A stretch of 64,000 bases of DNA from Candidatus Hydrogenedentota bacterium (GTDB taxonomy: Bacteria > Hydrogenedentota > Hydrogenedentia > Hydrogenedentales > SLHB01). The position numbers and the translations under genes were made by a program. The stretch is taken from assembly GCA_045863335.1 (NCBI GenBank), contig BTVY01000008.1, positions 32,001 to 96,000 on the forward strand, given 5' to 3'. Below the pieces are notes generated by a model. The model worked only from the letters and a program-made list of their open reading frames with translations, ran no database searches and was not told the origin of the DNA. Below are positions 17,380-26,624 of the stretch, one piece after another (within the stretch, counting starts at the first letter, position 1; each line of letters opens with the position of its first letter).

Positions 17380-20300
17380 ATGCCAATCAAAATAAGGGCG
17401 GGCCTCGTGTGCCTCGTTTTCGTTGCAGCTTCTGCCGCGCATAACATAATTGTTATAGCAGATTTCGAGGGTGCCACCTACGGATCATGGGAGGTAGAAG
17501 GGGAGGCCTTCGGCGCCGGCCCAGCGCGCGGGACGTTGGATGGACAGATGCACGTCTCGGGCTTTCAAGGCCAAGGCTTGGTCAATTCTTTCCTCGGCGG
17601 CGACAGCCCCACGGGGAGGCTCCTGTCACCGCCCTTCTCGGTCCAACACCCGTTCTTGAACTTCCTCATCGGGGGCGGCATGCACCCCGGTGAGACCTGC
17701 ATAAACCTGCTCGTTGACGGCCAGGCCGTTCGCACTGCGACCGGACCCAACGACAAACCCGGCGGGACTGAGGCGCTCAAATGGACCTCCTGGGATGTCG
17801 CGGAGTTTCGCGGTAGGGACGCGCGCATTGAGATCGTCGATGAACGAAGCGATGGCTGGGGCCATATCAACGTCGACTACATCCACCAAAGCGAGCGTTC
17901 CGACCCGGAAGTCGTGCGTCTCTCCCGAACCATCACCGCGGATACGAGGTATCTGAACCTGCCCGTCAAAAACGGCGCGCCACAGCAGGTCGTCACGGTG
18001 GAGGTGGACGGCGCGGTCCAGCGAATGTTTACCATCGAACTCGCGGCCGGAAAACCCGATTTCTGGGTGTTTCTGGAACTGGAACCCTTCCGGGGCAAAA
18101 CAGTCACATACCGTACCGAACGATTCGAATACGAAGAATCGATCGGCAGCGGCTTCGATGCCATCCACGCGTCTGACACGTTTCCTGGCGCCGACTCGCT
18201 GTATCGTGAAACGTATCGGCCCCAGTTCCACTTCTCGTCGCGCCGCGGCTGGAACAACGACCCCAACGGCCTCGTCTACTACGACGGTGAATGGCACCTC
18301 TTCTATCAGCACAATCCTTACGGCTGGAGTTGGGGCAATATGACTTGGGGCCACGCGGTCAGCAGCGATCTTGTCCATTGGACCGAAATCGGCGACGCGA
18401 TTCACCCCGATGAACTCGGCACCATCTTCTCCGGATCCGCAGTCGTCGATACTCACAATACGACGGGATTCAGATCCGGTGACGTAGATCCCATCGTCGC
18501 CGCATACACCTCCGCCGGCGGCACGAACGCCTTCTGGTCCGAAGGCCAGCCTTTCACCCAGTCCATCGCCTACAGCAACGACCGGGGCCGCACCTGGACC
18601 AAGTACGAGGGCAATCCGGTACAAGGGCACATCCGCGGCGACAACCGCGATCCGAAAGTCTTCTGGCACGAGCCTTCCGGGCAATGGGTGATCGTTCTCT
18701 ATCTTGAAGAGAAACGTTTTGGCTTCTTCACGTCGTCCGACCTGAAATCCTGGCAGTTGCAGAGCGAGATCGCGGGGTTCTACGAGTGTCCCGAACTCTT
18801 CGAACTTCCAGTGGACGGCGACCTCGACAACAAGAAGTGGGTCCTGTACGGCGGGGCAGGGGACTACATGATCGGCGACTTCGACGGCAAAACATTTACC
18901 CCGGAATCCGAACTCATTCGCTACAGCAATAGCGACTTCTTCTATGCATCCCAGACCTATAACAACGTGCCAACGGCCGATGGCCGCCGAATTCAAATCG
19001 GTTGGGGACGTATCAACATACCCGGCATGCCGTTCAACCAGATGATGACCTTTCCGGTCGAACTCACGCTCCATTCGACGGACGACGGCATTCGGATGTT
19101 CGCGTTACCCGTTGAGGAAATCGAGCAACTCCGCTCGCGGGTATATCAGTTCGAGAACCAGCCCATCGTGCCGGGCGAGAATCTGCTCAAAGAAATTCAA
19201 GGTGAACTCTTTGACTTGGAAGCGGAGTTTAGGATTGGCGATGCAGATCGAATCACGCTTGTCGTGCGAAACACGCCCATCATATACGACGCGGCCAATG
19301 CCAATCTCACCTGTGGCGATCGCGAAGCGCCCATGCCCGCCGACGACGGGATCATTCGATTGCGCGTTCTCGCTGACCGCACCTCCATCGAGATCTTCGG
19401 CAACGACGGCGCGGTGTACCTGCCGGTCGGAGTGATTCTCGATCCCGGTCAACGCAGCCTCGCACTTGACGCTGTCGGAACCGGCGCGGTAGTGGAATCG
19501 CTATCCGTCTACGAACTGAAATCGGCTTGGCCGATGCCGGAGAGCGCGGCAGAAGCGCCGCGCATCGTGGGACCGGAAACGTATGTGATCCTTGCCGACG
19601 GCGAACGGGTCACCTCGTTGGGGAACGGACATGTGAAACTCGAAGGCAACCTCTTCGTACTATTCGACGGACGAATCGCGCCCCACGAGAACACCTCCGT
19701 CGCGTTGTTTGCCTCAGACACCGGTTCGATCGGCGGCTCGTTCGACAATGTGGTCCTTCCCGACGATTGGTTGTGTGACATCGACTATGTCACCTCACCG
19801 CCCAACGTGGTCTTGAGCAACTTCCGGCCCGCTCGCGCGCCTGCCTTCCCCGGCGCAGAAGGCTTCGGGAAATACACCGTCGGCGGGCGCGGAGGAAAGG
19901 TCATCGAGGTGACCAACCTGAACGACGACGGCCCCGGCAGTTTGCGTGCCGCCTGCGAAGCGGAAGGTCCGCGCACCGTAGTCTTCCGCGTCTCCGGAAC
20001 GATCCCACTGGAATCCGAACTCGAGATCGAGAATCCCTACATCACCATCGCGGGACAGACCGCGCCCGGCGACGGCATCTGCATTAAAAACTACCAAGTC
20101 AAGTTTAGGACGAATCACGTCATCATGCGCTACCTACGTTTCCGTCCCGGCGATGAAGCGGGAGTAGAGCAGGACGCGTTCAGCGGGGAAGGGGATCACA
20201 TCATCATCGATCACTGTTCCGTCAGTTGGGGAGTGGACGAAACGCTTTCCATCAATAAAGCGTCAAACCTCACCGTGCAATGGTGCATGGTCACGGAAAG

Positions 20301-21099
20301 CCTAACCAATTCGATCCACAAGAAAGGCGCCCACGGCTACGGCGGGCTCTGGGGCGGACCCGGCGGGTCGTTCCACCACAACATCCTCGCCCACCACACC
20401 AGCCGAAACCCGCGCGCGTCGGGCAATCGCGACTCCGGATTGCTCGACTTCCGCAACAACGTAATCTACAACTGGGGTTTCAACAGCGCCTACGGCGGCG
20501 AACTCTGGCCACGCAACTGGATCAACAACTACTACAAAAGCGGCCCAGCCACTTCCGAAAACGTGCGCGACCGCATCTTTCTCCAGAAGCATCCACGCGG
20601 CAAAATGTACGCGGACGGAAACTTCGTCCATGGTTTTCCCGAAATCTCGGCCGACAACTGGGCCGGTGGAATCGATTTCGCCGAAGACGGCGAAGCCAGC
20701 GAAGAAACCCTGCGCGTTCGCGACGCCTACACAGTCGCTCCTGTGACGACGCATCCTGCGGCGGAAGCATTCTCGCTGGTACTCGATCAAGCGGGCGCGT
20801 CACTCCGTCGCGATATGGTAGACACCCGTATCGTAGAGGAGATCCGAACCGGTACGGCGCGCTTCGGCGAAACCTACAAGGGTGGGGGAAAGGGGATCAT
20901 CGATTCCCAGTCCGCAGTCGGCGGCTGGCCGGAGCTTCGTTCGGAACCCGCACCCAGCGATGCCGACCATGACGGCTTGCCAGATTCCTGGGAGACATCC
21001 AATGGGCTTGACCCCGCGAATCCAGACGACGGCTCGGCTGACCGCAACAACGACGGCTACACGAATCTTGAAGAGTACCTGAATGGGCTGATTCCCTGA
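17380..21099 (+). CDS. Secreted GH32 levanase/fructosidase fused to a PL1-type pectate lyase
   Basis: GH32 WNNDPNG, RDP and ECP motifs; then AFPGAEGFG..GGRGG..VTNLND.GPGSLR, IIDHCSVSWGVDE, RNPR; C-terminal DxDxDG repeats. Confidence 0.85.
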   Translation: MPIKIRAGLVCLVFVAASAAHNIIVIADFEGATYGSWEVEGEAFGAGPARGTLDGQMHVSGFQGQGLVNSFLGGDSPTGRLLSPPFSVQHPFLNFLIGGGMHPGETCINLLVDGQAVRTATGPNDKPGGTEALKWTSWDVAEFRGRDARIEIVDERSDGWGHINVDYIHQSERSDPEVVRLSRTITADTRYLNLPVKNGAPQQVVTVEVDGAVQRMFTIELAAGKPDFWVFLELEPFRGKTVTYRTERFEYEESIGSGFDAIHASDTFPGADSLYRETYRPQFHFSSRRGWNNDPNGLVYYDGEWHLFYQHNPYGWSWGNMTWGHAVSSDLVHWTEIGDAIHPDELGTIFSGSAVVDTHNTTGFRSGDVDPIVAAYTSAGGTNAFWSEGQPFTQSIAYSNDRGRTWTKYEGNPVQGHIRGDNRDPKVFWHEPSGQWVIVLYLEEKRFGFFTSSDLKSWQLQSEIAGFYECPELFELPVDGDLDNKKWVLYGGAGDYMIGDFDGKTFTPESELIRYSNSDFFYASQTYNNVPTADGRRIQIGWGRINIPGMPFNQMMTFPVELTLHSTDDGIRMFALPVEEIEQLRSRVYQFENQPIVPGENLLKEIQGELFDLEAEFRIGDADRITLVVRNTPIIYDAANANLTCGDREAPMPADDGIIRLRVLADRTSIEIFGNDGAVYLPVGVILDPGQRSLALDAVGTGAVVESLSVYELKSAWPMPESAAEAPRIVGPETYVILADGERVTSLGNGHVKLEGNLFVLFDGRIAPHENTSVALFASDTGSIGGSFDNVVLPDDWLCDIDYVTSPPNVVLSNFRPARAPAFPGAEGFGKYTVGGRGGKVIEVTNLNDDGPGSLRAACEAEGPRTVVFRVSGTIPLESELEIENPYITIAGQTAPGDGICIKNYQVKFRTNHVIMRYLRFRPGDEAGVEQDAFSGEGDHIIIDHCSVSWGVDETLSINKASNLTVQWCMVTESLTNSIHKKGAHGYGGLWGGPGGSFHHNILAHHTSRNPRASGNRDSGLLDFRNNVIYNWGFNSAYGGELWPRNWINNYYKSGPATSENVRDRIFLQKHPRGKMYADGNFVHGFPEISADNWAGGIDFAEDGEASEETLRVRDAYTVAPVTTHPAAEAFSLVLDQAGASLRRDMVDTRIVEEIRTGTARFGETYKGGGKGIIDSQSAVGGWPELRSEPAPSDADHDGLPDSWETSNGLDPANPDDGSADRNNDGYTNLEEYLNGLIP

Positions 21100-21127
21100 T
21101 CACAGGTCCGTGTGCGTCCATGTCAAT

Positions 21128-21167
21128 AAAAAGAAGCGGGAGCCTCACCGCCCGGTGAGACTCCCGC
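21128..21167 (-). terminator. Intrinsic terminator of rpmB
   Basis: GCGGGAGTCTCACCG..CGGTGAGGCTCCCGC stem followed by TTCTTTTT on the minus strand. Confidence 0.75.
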
Positions 21168-21191
21168 AAAAAAATTCAGCTTGGGATGACC

Positions 21192-21446
21192 TTACGAGGC
21201 CTTGCGAACCTTCGCCGGGGCTTTCGTAAACTTGCCTGCCTTGATGTACCGGGCACACACCCGAACGCGGCGCACCGTGCCGTTTTCGTCGACAATGCGG
21301 ATTTTCTGCAAGTTCGGCTTCCAGCGGCGTTTCGAGATGCCGGTAACGTTCTGGCCGATACCACCCTCACGCTTGGCTTTACCGCGCCGAATCACGCGCT
21401 TGCCCACGCGGGGTTTCTTTCCACTGTAATCACAAACTCGAGCCAT
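21192..21446 (-). CDS. rpmB: 50S ribosomal protein L28
   Basis: MARVCDYSGKKP..G, long-insert type, KRRWKPNLQ; promoter TTGAAA-N17-TAGACT at 21544-21572. Confidence 0.95.
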   Translation of the reverse strand: MARVCDYSGKKPRVGKRVIRRGKAKREGGIGQNVTGISKRRWKPNLQKIRIVDENGTVRRVRVCARYIKAGKFTKAPAKVRKAS

Positions 21447-21689
21447 GATATTCTCCTGGTCGTTTCACGGGCGCACCCGATGAGTCTTCGAAGAGGTCGT
21501 TGGGGCGCCGGACCGTAGCTTACTCACATGCCAAAGGCCCGTTAGTCTAGCATGTGAAGGGTTCTATTTCAACTTTTCGATGACGCTAAAATCGAACGTC
21601 TCAACGACCTGCAACGCAATGGACCTCGAGGGGATTCACTGTAGTACATCGAGTTTCACGAAGCGGATCGATCTACTCCAAGGAATCAG

Positions 21690-22571
21690 ATGAAACTCCA
21701 CGATTTTCCTGCGCGACTACGATTCGCGGTCCCGGCGGCGCTGCTGGTCGCATGCGTTTCCGGCTGTGCTGGGCTGGGCAACCAGGTCCAGCGCGCACCG
21801 TTGCCCCCCGGCGCGCCCGAGGCCGAGACCATTGTCGAGGCCCTATCCGCCAATGATGCTGCCATGCAGAATTTCCGCGCGGCGGGAACCTTCACCCTTG
21901 AATCCCCGAAACTGGAGGCCGTCGAACGGTTTCCTACGGGCACCATCGCCTTTCGTAAGCCGGATGAGCTATTCGTGGAAGGCCGGCTGGTCGTAGGCAT
22001 CATCGCCTTCCGGCTCGTCTCGATCGGCTCCGAGTTTCTTATCGAGTTCCCGCGCAAACGCGACCCGGACGAACGCTACTTCTACCGCCTCGAAGGCGAG
22101 ACCCTCGAAAGCGTGCCGTTCAGCGTGTCCCCCGCCGACGTGGCCCGGGAAATGTTTACGCCGCCCGATTGGTTCTCTTACGATCGGGGTCAGATCCGGG
22201 TCGTCGCATACGACCAAGAGTCCCAAACGGCTACCCTGGAACTGGGTCCGCGACGGCGGCCGGAGCGGCGGCTCACCGCGCAGGGCCTGCCGTGGGTCAT
22301 CGTGCGAAACCAGCGCCTGGGACCCGACGGGGAAGTCATTTCCGACACGGCGCTCAGCGACTATCACGAAATTGACGGCGTTCGCTTTCCAGCTTCGGTA
22401 GACGCCCAGTTTCCCGGCGAGCAATCCCGAATGACCTTTGAAATGCGTAACGTTAGAATTAACACCGATCAGGTCACCGACGACCTGTTCACGATCAAAT
22501 GGCGGCCCAGCAATGTCGAACAGCCTCTCTCAGATGACGCCGGCGGAAATCGCGGCGTCCTTGAACCTTAA
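21690..22571 (+). CDS. Lipoprotein, LolA/LolB-like fold (DUF4292-like)
   Basis: Lipobox VSGC; C-terminal DY..IDGVRFP..V and LF pattern typical of LolA-like proteins. Confidence 0.55.
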   Translation: MKLHDFPARLRFAVPAALLVACVSGCAGLGNQVQRAPLPPGAPEAETIVEALSANDAAMQNFRAAGTFTLESPKLEAVERFPTGTIAFRKPDELFVEGRLVVGIIAFRLVSIGSEFLIEFPRKRDPDERYFYRLEGETLESVPFSVSPADVAREMFTPPDWFSYDRGQIRVVAYDQESQTATLELGPRRRPERRLTAQGLPWVIVRNQRLGPDGEVISDTALSDYHEIDGVRFPASVDAQFPGEQSRMTFEMRNVRINTDQVTDDLFTIKWRPSNVEQPLSDDAGGNRGVLEP

Positions 22572-23550
22572 ACCCTTCCAGGGAAAACAGATCTTCCGCT
22601 GGATTCACCAGAAGCGCGTCTTCGATTTTGACCGCATGAGCGATCTGTCCAAAGACTTGCGCGCCCGGCTCGCGGAGGGTTTCTCCGCAAATCAGCTCGA
22701 ACTGGTGCGGGTCTCCGCGTCGCCCCGGTCGGAAGGTACCCGAAAGGCACTCTTCCGTCTGGCCGATGGCGAAACGGTCGAGTCTGTCCTCATCCGGGAT
22801 CGGGAACGCAGCACCATCTGCCTTTCCACTCAGGTGGGCTGCGCCGTCAAATGCAGTTTCTGCGCCACGGGCATGTCGGGCTACTCGCGAAACTTGACGC
22901 CGGGCGAGATCGTGGAGCAGGCCCTCTATCTCCTGCGCGATGAAGACCTGGGGGAGAGGACCCCCAATATTGTCTTCATGGGGATGGGGGAGCCGTTCCG
23001 GAACTATGACGCGACCGTTGCCGCCATCCACTTGTTGATGAACCCCGATGGACTTGGGATTGGCGCGAGGAAGATTACGGTGTCCACTGTCGGCGAGGTC
23101 AAGGGCATCGAACGGTTCAGCCAGGAGGATTGGCAGGTTCGGCTCAGTGTATCGTTACATGCCGCGAACGACGCGACACGAACCAAACTGATTCCCCTCA
23201 ACAAGAAATATCCCCTGGACGTCCTGCTTGCGGCAGTGCGCGCGTACGTGGAACGAACGGGCCGGCAGGTCACGTTTGAGTGGACCCTGCTCGACGGCGT
23301 CAACGACTCACGGAAGGATGCTCAGGAACTCATTGACGTAGTGCGGACCGTAAAAGCCAGCGTTAACCTGATTCCGTACAATCCGGTTGCGGGTCTGGGC
23401 TTTAATCCGCCACCCCTGGACCGTTGTGAAGCATTTCGCGACGCACTGGTCAACGCCGGTGTCACAGCTACGCTTCGCAAGGAGCGGGGACAGGATATTG
23501 ATGCCGCGTGCGGGCAGCTCCGTCGGCAGCACGTTGAACTGGCATCTTGA
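22513..23550 (+). CDS. rlmN: Dual-specificity RNA methyltransferase RlmN
   Basis: CLSTQVGCAVKCSFCATG radical SAM motif, MGMGEP, SLHA, DIDAACGQL. Confidence 0.95.
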   Translation: MSNSLSQMTPAEIAASLNLKPFQGKQIFRWIHQKRVFDFDRMSDLSKDLRARLAEGFSANQLELVRVSASPRSEGTRKALFRLADGETVESVLIRDRERSTICLSTQVGCAVKCSFCATGMSGYSRNLTPGEIVEQALYLLRDEDLGERTPNIVFMGMGEPFRNYDATVAAIHLLMNPDGLGIGARKITVSTVGEVKGIERFSQEDWQVRLSVSLHAANDATRTKLIPLNKKYPLDVLLAAVRAYVERTGRQVTFEWTLLDGVNDSRKDAQELIDVVRTVKASVNLIPYNPVAGLGFNPPPLDRCEAFRDALVNAGVTATLRKERGQDIDAACGQLRRQHVELAS

Positions 23551-23560
23551 CCCACGCGGC

Positions 23561-24295
23561 TTAGTGCCGCTCCCGATCGGGTGACTGGTCCCATTGGGCG
23601 TCGTCGCCGAGTTCCGTCTCGAGAGCGAGTTGCAACGCATTGAGTTTCCGCTCGACTTCAAGTCGAACGCGCTCAACCTCTTCGGGAGATGCGTCTTGTG
23701 CCGCGGCGATGGGTTCACCAAACGCACAGACGATGTGCGAGAACGGCTTCGGCAGCACCATGCGGTCCCAGGACCGCAAGCGCCAGCACGGGGATACGCC
23801 AAGTACGAGTGGGATGATGGGCGCCCCGGTCCGGCCTGACAATATCGCCACACCCGGCTTCGATTCCCGTCGCGGTCCTCTCGGACCATCCAGGGTGATT
23901 CCGACCGTGACACCCAGTCGTAGCGCCTTTTCCAACTGCTCAAGCGCTTCACGACCCCCGCGGCTGGAGGACCCCCGAACCGCATGGATTCCAAATGGCT
24001 CAATGACGCGTGCCGCAAGCTCACCGTCGTAGCTGTAGCTGGTTAATGTATGGTATCCGGTATTTCGCTGCGTCCAGATCGCAAGGGGAAGCACCTCGTG
24101 CCAGAACGCAATGATCACACCGCCATGGCCCTCTTCCAACTTTTGTAAATTGCCTAAATCCCGTACGTTAACACGACAGGTCAGGCATAGGACTCTGTAG
24201 AAGAAAGAAAAAGCGAACGAGATTATAGATAGAGTAAGTCGCTGCTTTAAGGTAAAACAAACAGGACTTACGTACTCCAGATCGGCATGTCTCAA
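23561..24295 (-). CDS. Lysophospholipid acyltransferase family protein (DUF374)
   Basis: AFWHE, S.S.DGE, VRGSSSRGG, DGPRGP, SWDR...PKPF. Confidence 0.85.
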   Translation of the reverse strand: MRHADLEYVSPVCFTLKQRLTLSIISFAFSFFYRVLCLTCRVNVRDLGNLQKLEEGHGGVIIAFWHEVLPLAIWTQRNTGYHTLTSYSYDGELAARVIEPFGIHAVRGSSSRGGREALEQLEKALRLGVTVGITLDGPRGPRRESKPGVAILSGRTGAPIIPLVLGVSPCWRLRSWDRMVLPKPFSHIVCAFGEPIAAAQDASPEEVERVRLEVERKLNALQLALETELGDDAQWDQSPDRERH

Positions 24296-25167
24296 TGGTA
24301 TTCCATGCCCTTTAAGAGCTGCCAGACAACGCGCGTGCGAGGCGTGGGGAGGGCAGACTGCTGTGCGCGTCGCATGATCTCACCGCTTATGGCGTCAATT
24401 TCGGTGCGTCGCTTGGCTCGAACGTCCTGCAACATGGAAGAGATGTTATCTTTCGTTTCCTCGCAGGTGGCTTCGGCGACTTCGACCAAGCTCTTGTCGA
24501 ATCGGTAACCTTCCGTGCAAGCTACCTTTACGGCTTCAACCACCAAGTCGCGCATGAGTTGGCGCGCTTCCGGAATTTCAAGTATCTTGCCATTCGGAAT
24601 GTCCAACAAACCGGTGATCGGATTGATCCCGGCATTCACCGCCACCTTTTCCCACACGGCCTGGCCAGGAGACTCGGTCAGGTCCAACGCAAAACCCGCC
24701 TTCTCCAATGCGCGAGTAGCCGTGTCGACCGAACAGGAAGTCCAAGCGCCCAGACGCGTCGTTCCCGAGGCGGCATGCCGAACGTGTCCTTCGTCAAGCA
24801 GCGTTGACGCCTCTGTCGTGACGCCAACCAGCAAGTTCGCACTGCCCACCATGGAACAGAGTGTTTCAATGTTACCCAATCCATTTTGAATGGTCAGTAC
24901 AGCACTTCGCCCATTTATTCCTAATGAGCTTGTAGAATATGACTTTACACATACAATGACAAGATCTTGCCCGCCTGGAACACTTGAAACAACCTTGACC
25001 TTCTGCGTCTCCGCACCGGTTGCTGTTTCGACCGTTATCCCCTTAGAATTCAGTCGAGTCGCTCGGTCTGAATGATGATCCACAAGGGTAACATCCACAC
25101 CCGCCTTGGCAAGGCGAGCTGCGTAAAGACATCCCATGGCTCCGGGTCCGATGACTGAGATCTTCAT
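24292..25167 (-). CDS. panE: 2-dehydropantoate 2-reductase
   Basis: GPGAMG, CVKS, QNGLG, WEKVAVNAGINP, SSMLQD...RRTEID. Confidence 0.92.
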   Translation of the reverse strand: MKISVIGPGAMGCLYAARLAKAGVDVTLVDHHSDRATRLNSKGITVETATGAETQKVKVVSSVPGGQDLVIVCVKSYSTSSLGINGRSAVLTIQNGLGNIETLCSMVGSANLLVGVTTEASTLLDEGHVRHAASGTTRLGAWTSCSVDTATRALEKAGFALDLTESPGQAVWEKVAVNAGINPITGLLDIPNGKILEIPEARQLMRDLVVEAVKVACTEGYRFDKSLVEVAEATCEETKDNISSMLQDVRAKRRTEIDAISGEIMRRAQQSALPTPRTRVVWQLLKGMEYH

Positions 25168-25204
25168 GGTCTTAATTCCCCACCCCCATGTCGGATTGAG
25201 AGTC

Positions 25205-26071
25205 TCATTCCTCCGCTAGCGATTTGACGAAGCAGTCCTCAAACCCCTTGACCTTCCGCATTGCATCGCGAGCGGACTCTGCCGCCACGCGATCCTTGTA
25301 CTCTCCCACCAACGCGCGGACATGTTTACCATCCGTGGACGGGACGAGATTCACGGTGAAGTCGGTCGCTTTTTCAGTATCATCCTTGAATCGTTTGGCT
25401 CGGTCGAGGTTGTTCGAGTCGAAGGACGCCACTTGAATCGTAAATGGCCCTGCCGCGGAGGTCGTCGCGGGTTGCGACGTTTCCACGGGATCTGCCGGTG
25501 AGGAGGTCTCGGCTGGCGTCGGCTCTGGTTCCGTTGTCGCCGTTTCAGGCGCGGCCGGTTCTACAGGCATAGCCGGGGTAGCCGGCACCGTCGCGGGCTG
25601 GGTCACAGGCGGCGCTTCCTTTGCCGCGGTTTGTGTCGAAGTCTCCGGATTAGGCGTGTCCGGTTTCGTTGACGTAACATCGTTGCGGTCGCGCCGGGGT
25701 GGTGGGGCGGGGATGTACTTTGCATTCGACTCGCTGCGTCTTGCCGACGAACCCGATGCCCCAGTAGAACTTCCAGTCTTCTCCGATTCCGCCGGCAACG
25801 TGACGGGCCGCGGCGCAACCTGTCTGCCTTCGCCCTGGGACGCCGCGGTCCCCGCAGGCACTCGCTCCGGAATCTCAGCGGATTCTGAGTTCGACGCCAC
25901 CGGAGCGGAACCCGAATCGCCGGTGAACCGCTGAACCAGGATGCCCGCGATAAAGAGCGCGCACATCAGCAGCAGCAACGCACAGATCGCCATAACGAGC
26001 TGATAAGAGGAAAGCTGGAGCGCGGGTTGTTCCTTGGAACCCCGCGCGCGATTTCTATTCGGATTGCCCAT
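25205..26071 (-). CDS. SPOR domain protein (DedD/FtsN-like)
   Basis: Single TM helix, Pro/Thr/Ser-rich linker, C-terminal FTIQVASF...RALVGEY SPOR domain. Confidence 0.8.
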   Translation of the reverse strand: MGNPNRNRARGSKEQPALQLSSYQLVMAICALLLLMCALFIAGILVQRFTGDSGSAPVASNSESAEIPERVPAGTAASQGEGRQVAPRPVTLPAESEKTGSSTGASGSSARRSESNAKYIPAPPPRRDRNDVTSTKPDTPNPETSTQTAAKEAPPVTQPATVPATPAMPVEPAAPETATTEPEPTPAETSSPADPVETSQPATTSAAGPFTIQVASFDSNNLDRAKRFKDDTEKATDFTVNLVPSTDGKHVRALVGEYKDRVAAESARDAMRKVKGFEDCFVKSLAEE

Positions 26072-26618
26072 GTTCGGTCAGCGCCACTTCCTCGGGTTGC
26101 GCGGCCTCTTCGTTCTCAGCCGCCTCCAATGCACTCAACTGCTCAACGAGCCGCGTACGGCCCTGTTCCATTTCCGCAAAGGTGAGATTGGGGTCCCTCA
26201 CTTCGATCAGCCGATTGTTAATACGGTCCGTAAAAAGGGCAACGCGACTGTCTCCATCGCCTTCGGCTGATTCCTTCACATGCCGGAAGACTTTTTGCCG
26301 ACGCAACAACTGGGCGGCGAGAAACGCCTTCGCCAACTCTACCCGATCGGTTGACTCCACCGCATCGTAAAAGAGCTTGCGCAGCGGCGAATACGCCTCT
26401 TCTGGTTCCTGTTCGGCCACGCGGGGATCGATATACTCCGTTTCCCACACGGCCAGGGCGCTGCTCGCCATTTCAGGTTGAAAAGACTCGCGGGCGAAAT
26501 CGAGCCGCACCAAGGCCTGGTTTTCAATCTTCACCATGGACACGACGGTTTCACCATGCTCGAACGACCGTTCGGTCGCCGCGCACTCCCGTCCAGGTTT
26601 GCCAATTCGAATTTCCAT
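26055..26618 (-). CDS. Conserved hypothetical protein
   Basis: Tightly packed in the operon; C..T.R.F..GE...S...R.D N-terminus and L.QLLRRQK motif. Confidence 0.65.
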   Translation of the reverse strand: MEIRIGKPGRECAATERSFEHGETVVSMVKIENQALVRLDFARESFQPEMASSALAVWETEYIDPRVAEQEPEEAYSPLRKLFYDAVESTDRVELAKAFLAAQLLRRQKVFRHVKESAEGDGDSRVALFTDRINNRLIEVRDPNLTFAEMEQGRTRLVEQLSALEAAENEEAAQPEEVALTEHGQSE

Positions 26619-26624
26619 ATGAGA

